From Thecamonas trahens ATCC 50062 (Eukaryota; Protista; Apusomonadida), in NCBI RefSeq assembly GCF_000142905.1, contig NW_013657678.1, forward strand, positions 558,001-622,000: 64,000 bases of DNA, written 5' to 3'. Made by a program: the position numbers and the translations under genes. Each line of letters begins with the position of its first letter. The first letter of the stretch is position 1. This document shows positions 61,776 to 64,000 of the stretch, piece by piece. The notes beneath the pieces were generated by a model that saw only the letters and a list, made by a program, of their open reading frames with translations, had not been told where the DNA came from and ran no database searches.

Positions 61776-63650
61776 ATGGCTCAGATGGCGAGGTTCATTC
61801 GTGACGACCTCGCGAGCGCCCGCTACAAGGGCGTAGAGTCGATCGAGGCGCTGGCTGACGAGCTCGGCATTGCGGTCTCGTCGATCATCAAGCTCAATGC
61901 CAATGAGAACCAGTACGGGGTGCCCGAGGCGTGTGCGGCAGCGATGAGCGCCGCCATCAACGTCACCACCCATGTGTATCCGGATCCAAGCCAGGCCAAG
62001 CTCCGGGGTGCCGTGGCAGAGCTGCATGAGCTCGGGCCCGAGTCTGTTGTTGCCGGTGCTGGCTCGGACGACATTCTCGACATTATTCTGCGCGCGACTG
62101 CGCCCAAGATTGTGGCCTACGCGCCGCCGACCTTTGGCATGTACTCCTTCCTCGCCAAGGTCAACGGTTCGATCGAGCAGGTGCTCATTGAGAGAACGCC
62201 CGAGTTTGGCGTCACGGCCGCGTCCGTTATCGCGAGTGTGAGCGAGGCGCTCGCTGACGGCGGCCACGGCGTCGTCTTTCTACCATCGCCCAACAACCCG
62301 ACCGGCAACCTGGTGGCACTCGGCGAGGTGCGTGCCATGTGTGCCGCGCTCCCGAACGCCATCATTGTTCTCGACGAGGCGTACATCGACTTTGCACCGG
62401 CCGGCGCCTCTGCCGCGGGCCTCATCGGTGAGTATGACAACCTTGTTGTCTGCCGCACCTTTTCCAAGTGGGCCGGCCTCGCCGGGACACGGATCGGGTA
62501 CTGCCTCGCCGATCCTCAGCTTGTTGCCACCTTTCTCGCCATCAAGCAGCCGTACAACGTCAACTGTGCGGCAGAGGCAGGCGCGCTGGCGGCGCTCGGC
62601 GCGCGCGACGACATCCTGGCGTCGTCGGTCTCGCGGCTCATTGTCGAGCGGCGCAACGTGTTTGTCCAGCTCGCAGCGCTAGCGCCACTGGTAGTCCCGG
62701 TCCCGTCGTCGGCCAACTTTGTCCTCGCGCGCATTGCAGACACCGCGCCGCTGACTGCAGGCGAGCTTGCGTCTGCGCTCCGCGCCGCCGGCATCCTCAT
62801 CCGCTACTTTAACAAGCAGGGCGGCGACCTCGAGGCTTACATCCGGATCTCGGCCGGTAAGCCGGCAGACACTGCGGTAGTGATAGGAAAGATCCGTGAG
62901 CTGCTGGGAGCCGCACCCGCGCCACCGCCGGTTCTCGCCAACCCAGGCATCGAGGCGGTGCTCTTCGACATGGACGGTGTGCTCGCCGACGTCGGCGCCT
63001 CGTACCGGGCGGCCATTGTCGCCACGGCGAAAGCGTTTGGTGTCACCGTCACCGCCACCGACATCGATGCGGCCAAGGCGGCCGGCAACGCCAACAACGA
63101 CTGGCTGGTAACCCGAGCGCTCATCGCCGCCAGCGACGACGCGCCGCAGCCGCTGCCGACGCTCGACGAAGTGACTTGTCAGTTTGAGGCGCTCTACCAC
63201 GGCGATGGCAGCACCCGCGGCCTCTACGCCAACGAGACACTCGTGGTCGCAGCCGACTTGCTCCACTCGCTCAAACATGTTGCCGGGCTCAAGCTCGCCG
63301 TCGTTACCGGCCGCCCGCGCGATCCGGACGCCACCCGCTTCCTTGACGACTTTGGCCTCACCGGGCTCTTTGACGCCGTCATCACCATGGACGACGGCCC
63401 GGCCAAGCCATCGCCGGTCCCGATTCAACTCGCGCTTGACGCACTCGGCGTAGCACCAAGCGCCGCCATCATGCTCGGCGACACGGTCGACGACGTCGCC
63501 GCCGCCCTCGCCGCCTCGGTCCCCGCGCTCGGCGTCATCCCACCCGGCGCTGGCGAGCCGGATGGCCTTGCCAAAGTCCTCACGCTCGCCGGCGCAAGCT
63601 ACGTCATGGGCCCGGGCTGCTTCGAGCTTGCGCACCTGATCACCCGCTAG
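61776..63650 (+). CDS. hisC: Histidinol-phosphate aminotransferase fused to a HAD-IA hydrolase (putative histidinol-phosphate phosphatase)
   Basis: HisC: KLNANEN, YPD, GAGSDD, PNNPTG, DEAY, RTFSKWAGLAGTRIGY. HAD from ~62945: LFDMDGVLAD, VVTGRP, KPSP, MLGDTVDD. Confidence 0.93.
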   Translation: MAQMARFIRDDLASARYKGVESIEALADELGIAVSSIIKLNANENQYGVPEACAAAMSAAINVTTHVYPDPSQAKLRGAVAELHELGPESVVAGAGSDDILDIILRATAPKIVAYAPPTFGMYSFLAKVNGSIEQVLIERTPEFGVTAASVIASVSEALADGGHGVVFLPSPNNPTGNLVALGEVRAMCAALPNAIIVLDEAYIDFAPAGASAAGLIGEYDNLVVCRTFSKWAGLAGTRIGYCLADPQLVATFLAIKQPYNVNCAAEAGALAALGARDDILASSVSRLIVERRNVFVQLAALAPLVVPVPSSANFVLARIADTAPLTAGELASALRAAGILIRYFNKQGGDLEAYIRISAGKPADTAVVIGKIRELLGAAPAPPPVLANPGIEAVLFDMDGVLADVGASYRAAIVATAKAFGVTVTATDIDAAKAAGNANNDWLVTRALIAASDDAPQPLPTLDEVTCQFEALYHGDGSTRGLYANETLVVAADLLHSLKHVAGLKLAVVTGRPRDPDATRFLDDFGLTGLFDAVITMDDGPAKPSPVPIQLALDALGVAPSAAIMLGDTVDDVAAALAASVPALGVIPPGAGEPDGLAKVLTLAGASYVMGPGCFELAHLITR

Positions 63651-64000
63651 TCTGGTCACGAGGTAAACCGTGGAATCGTGGCACCATGCCGCAGTTCGAG
63701 CAGAAGCAGCGCGAGCACAGCGTCGACACCCAACTCGCCGCGCAACTCGACGCCAGCCAAACAGCCGCCAACACCTCGCCCTCCCCTGCGTCTGCGGCAT
63801 CAGGACACCAATCCCACACTTGGCCACCCCCTCCATCTCAGCGTCTCGCATCGCTACAGTCGCGGTCAGCAACGGTCCGATACGGTGGTGAACGAGGTCA
63901 ACGAAGCGCTGGAAGATTCCTGGCGCGTGGGTGGAGACGGGCTTCCATTGAGCTTCTGCTGGCGGCAGAGTTTTTAGTGCGGGCGCCTTTGCTTTTTATT

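Noticed and set aside
56054-63650. Bacterial contamination as the source of the his genes
   Set aside because: They are contiguous, without a gap, with an intron-containing Rab escort gene, have similar composition, and are fused and divergent rather than operonic.
1-64000. Mobile elements
   Set aside because: No transposase, reverse transcriptase, integrase, LTR or terminal inverted repeats were recognised.

Overview
GC-rich, intron-poor, very gene-dense eukaryotic DNA with three N-gaps. It most resembles a flagellated protist; an apusomonad such as Thecamonas is my guess from composition and gene content, not something the sequence proves. The window holds about 30 protein genes, mostly on alternating strands, plus two identical tRNA-Leu(CAG) genes. 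The standout is at 56-63.7 kb. One intronless 1720-aa ORF fuses seven histidine-biosynthesis enzymes (HisH-HisF-HisA-HisI-HisE-HisD-HisG). It lies head-to-head with a HisC-HAD-phosphatase fusion, so two divergent genes appear to encode the whole pathway except imidazoleglycerol-phosphate dehydratase. Other notable items: an HBS1 gene with a Ski7-type exosome-binding motif inside a candidate in-frame intron; a CCCH-NYN-winged-helix putative RNase; a Cdc123/R2K-type ATP-grasp protein ending in a CaaX box; two paralogous secreted JmjC proteins; a SAP-PBZ protein; and an LRR-7TM receptor. Several genes are split by single-base frameshifts in short homopolymers, most likely sequencing errors.
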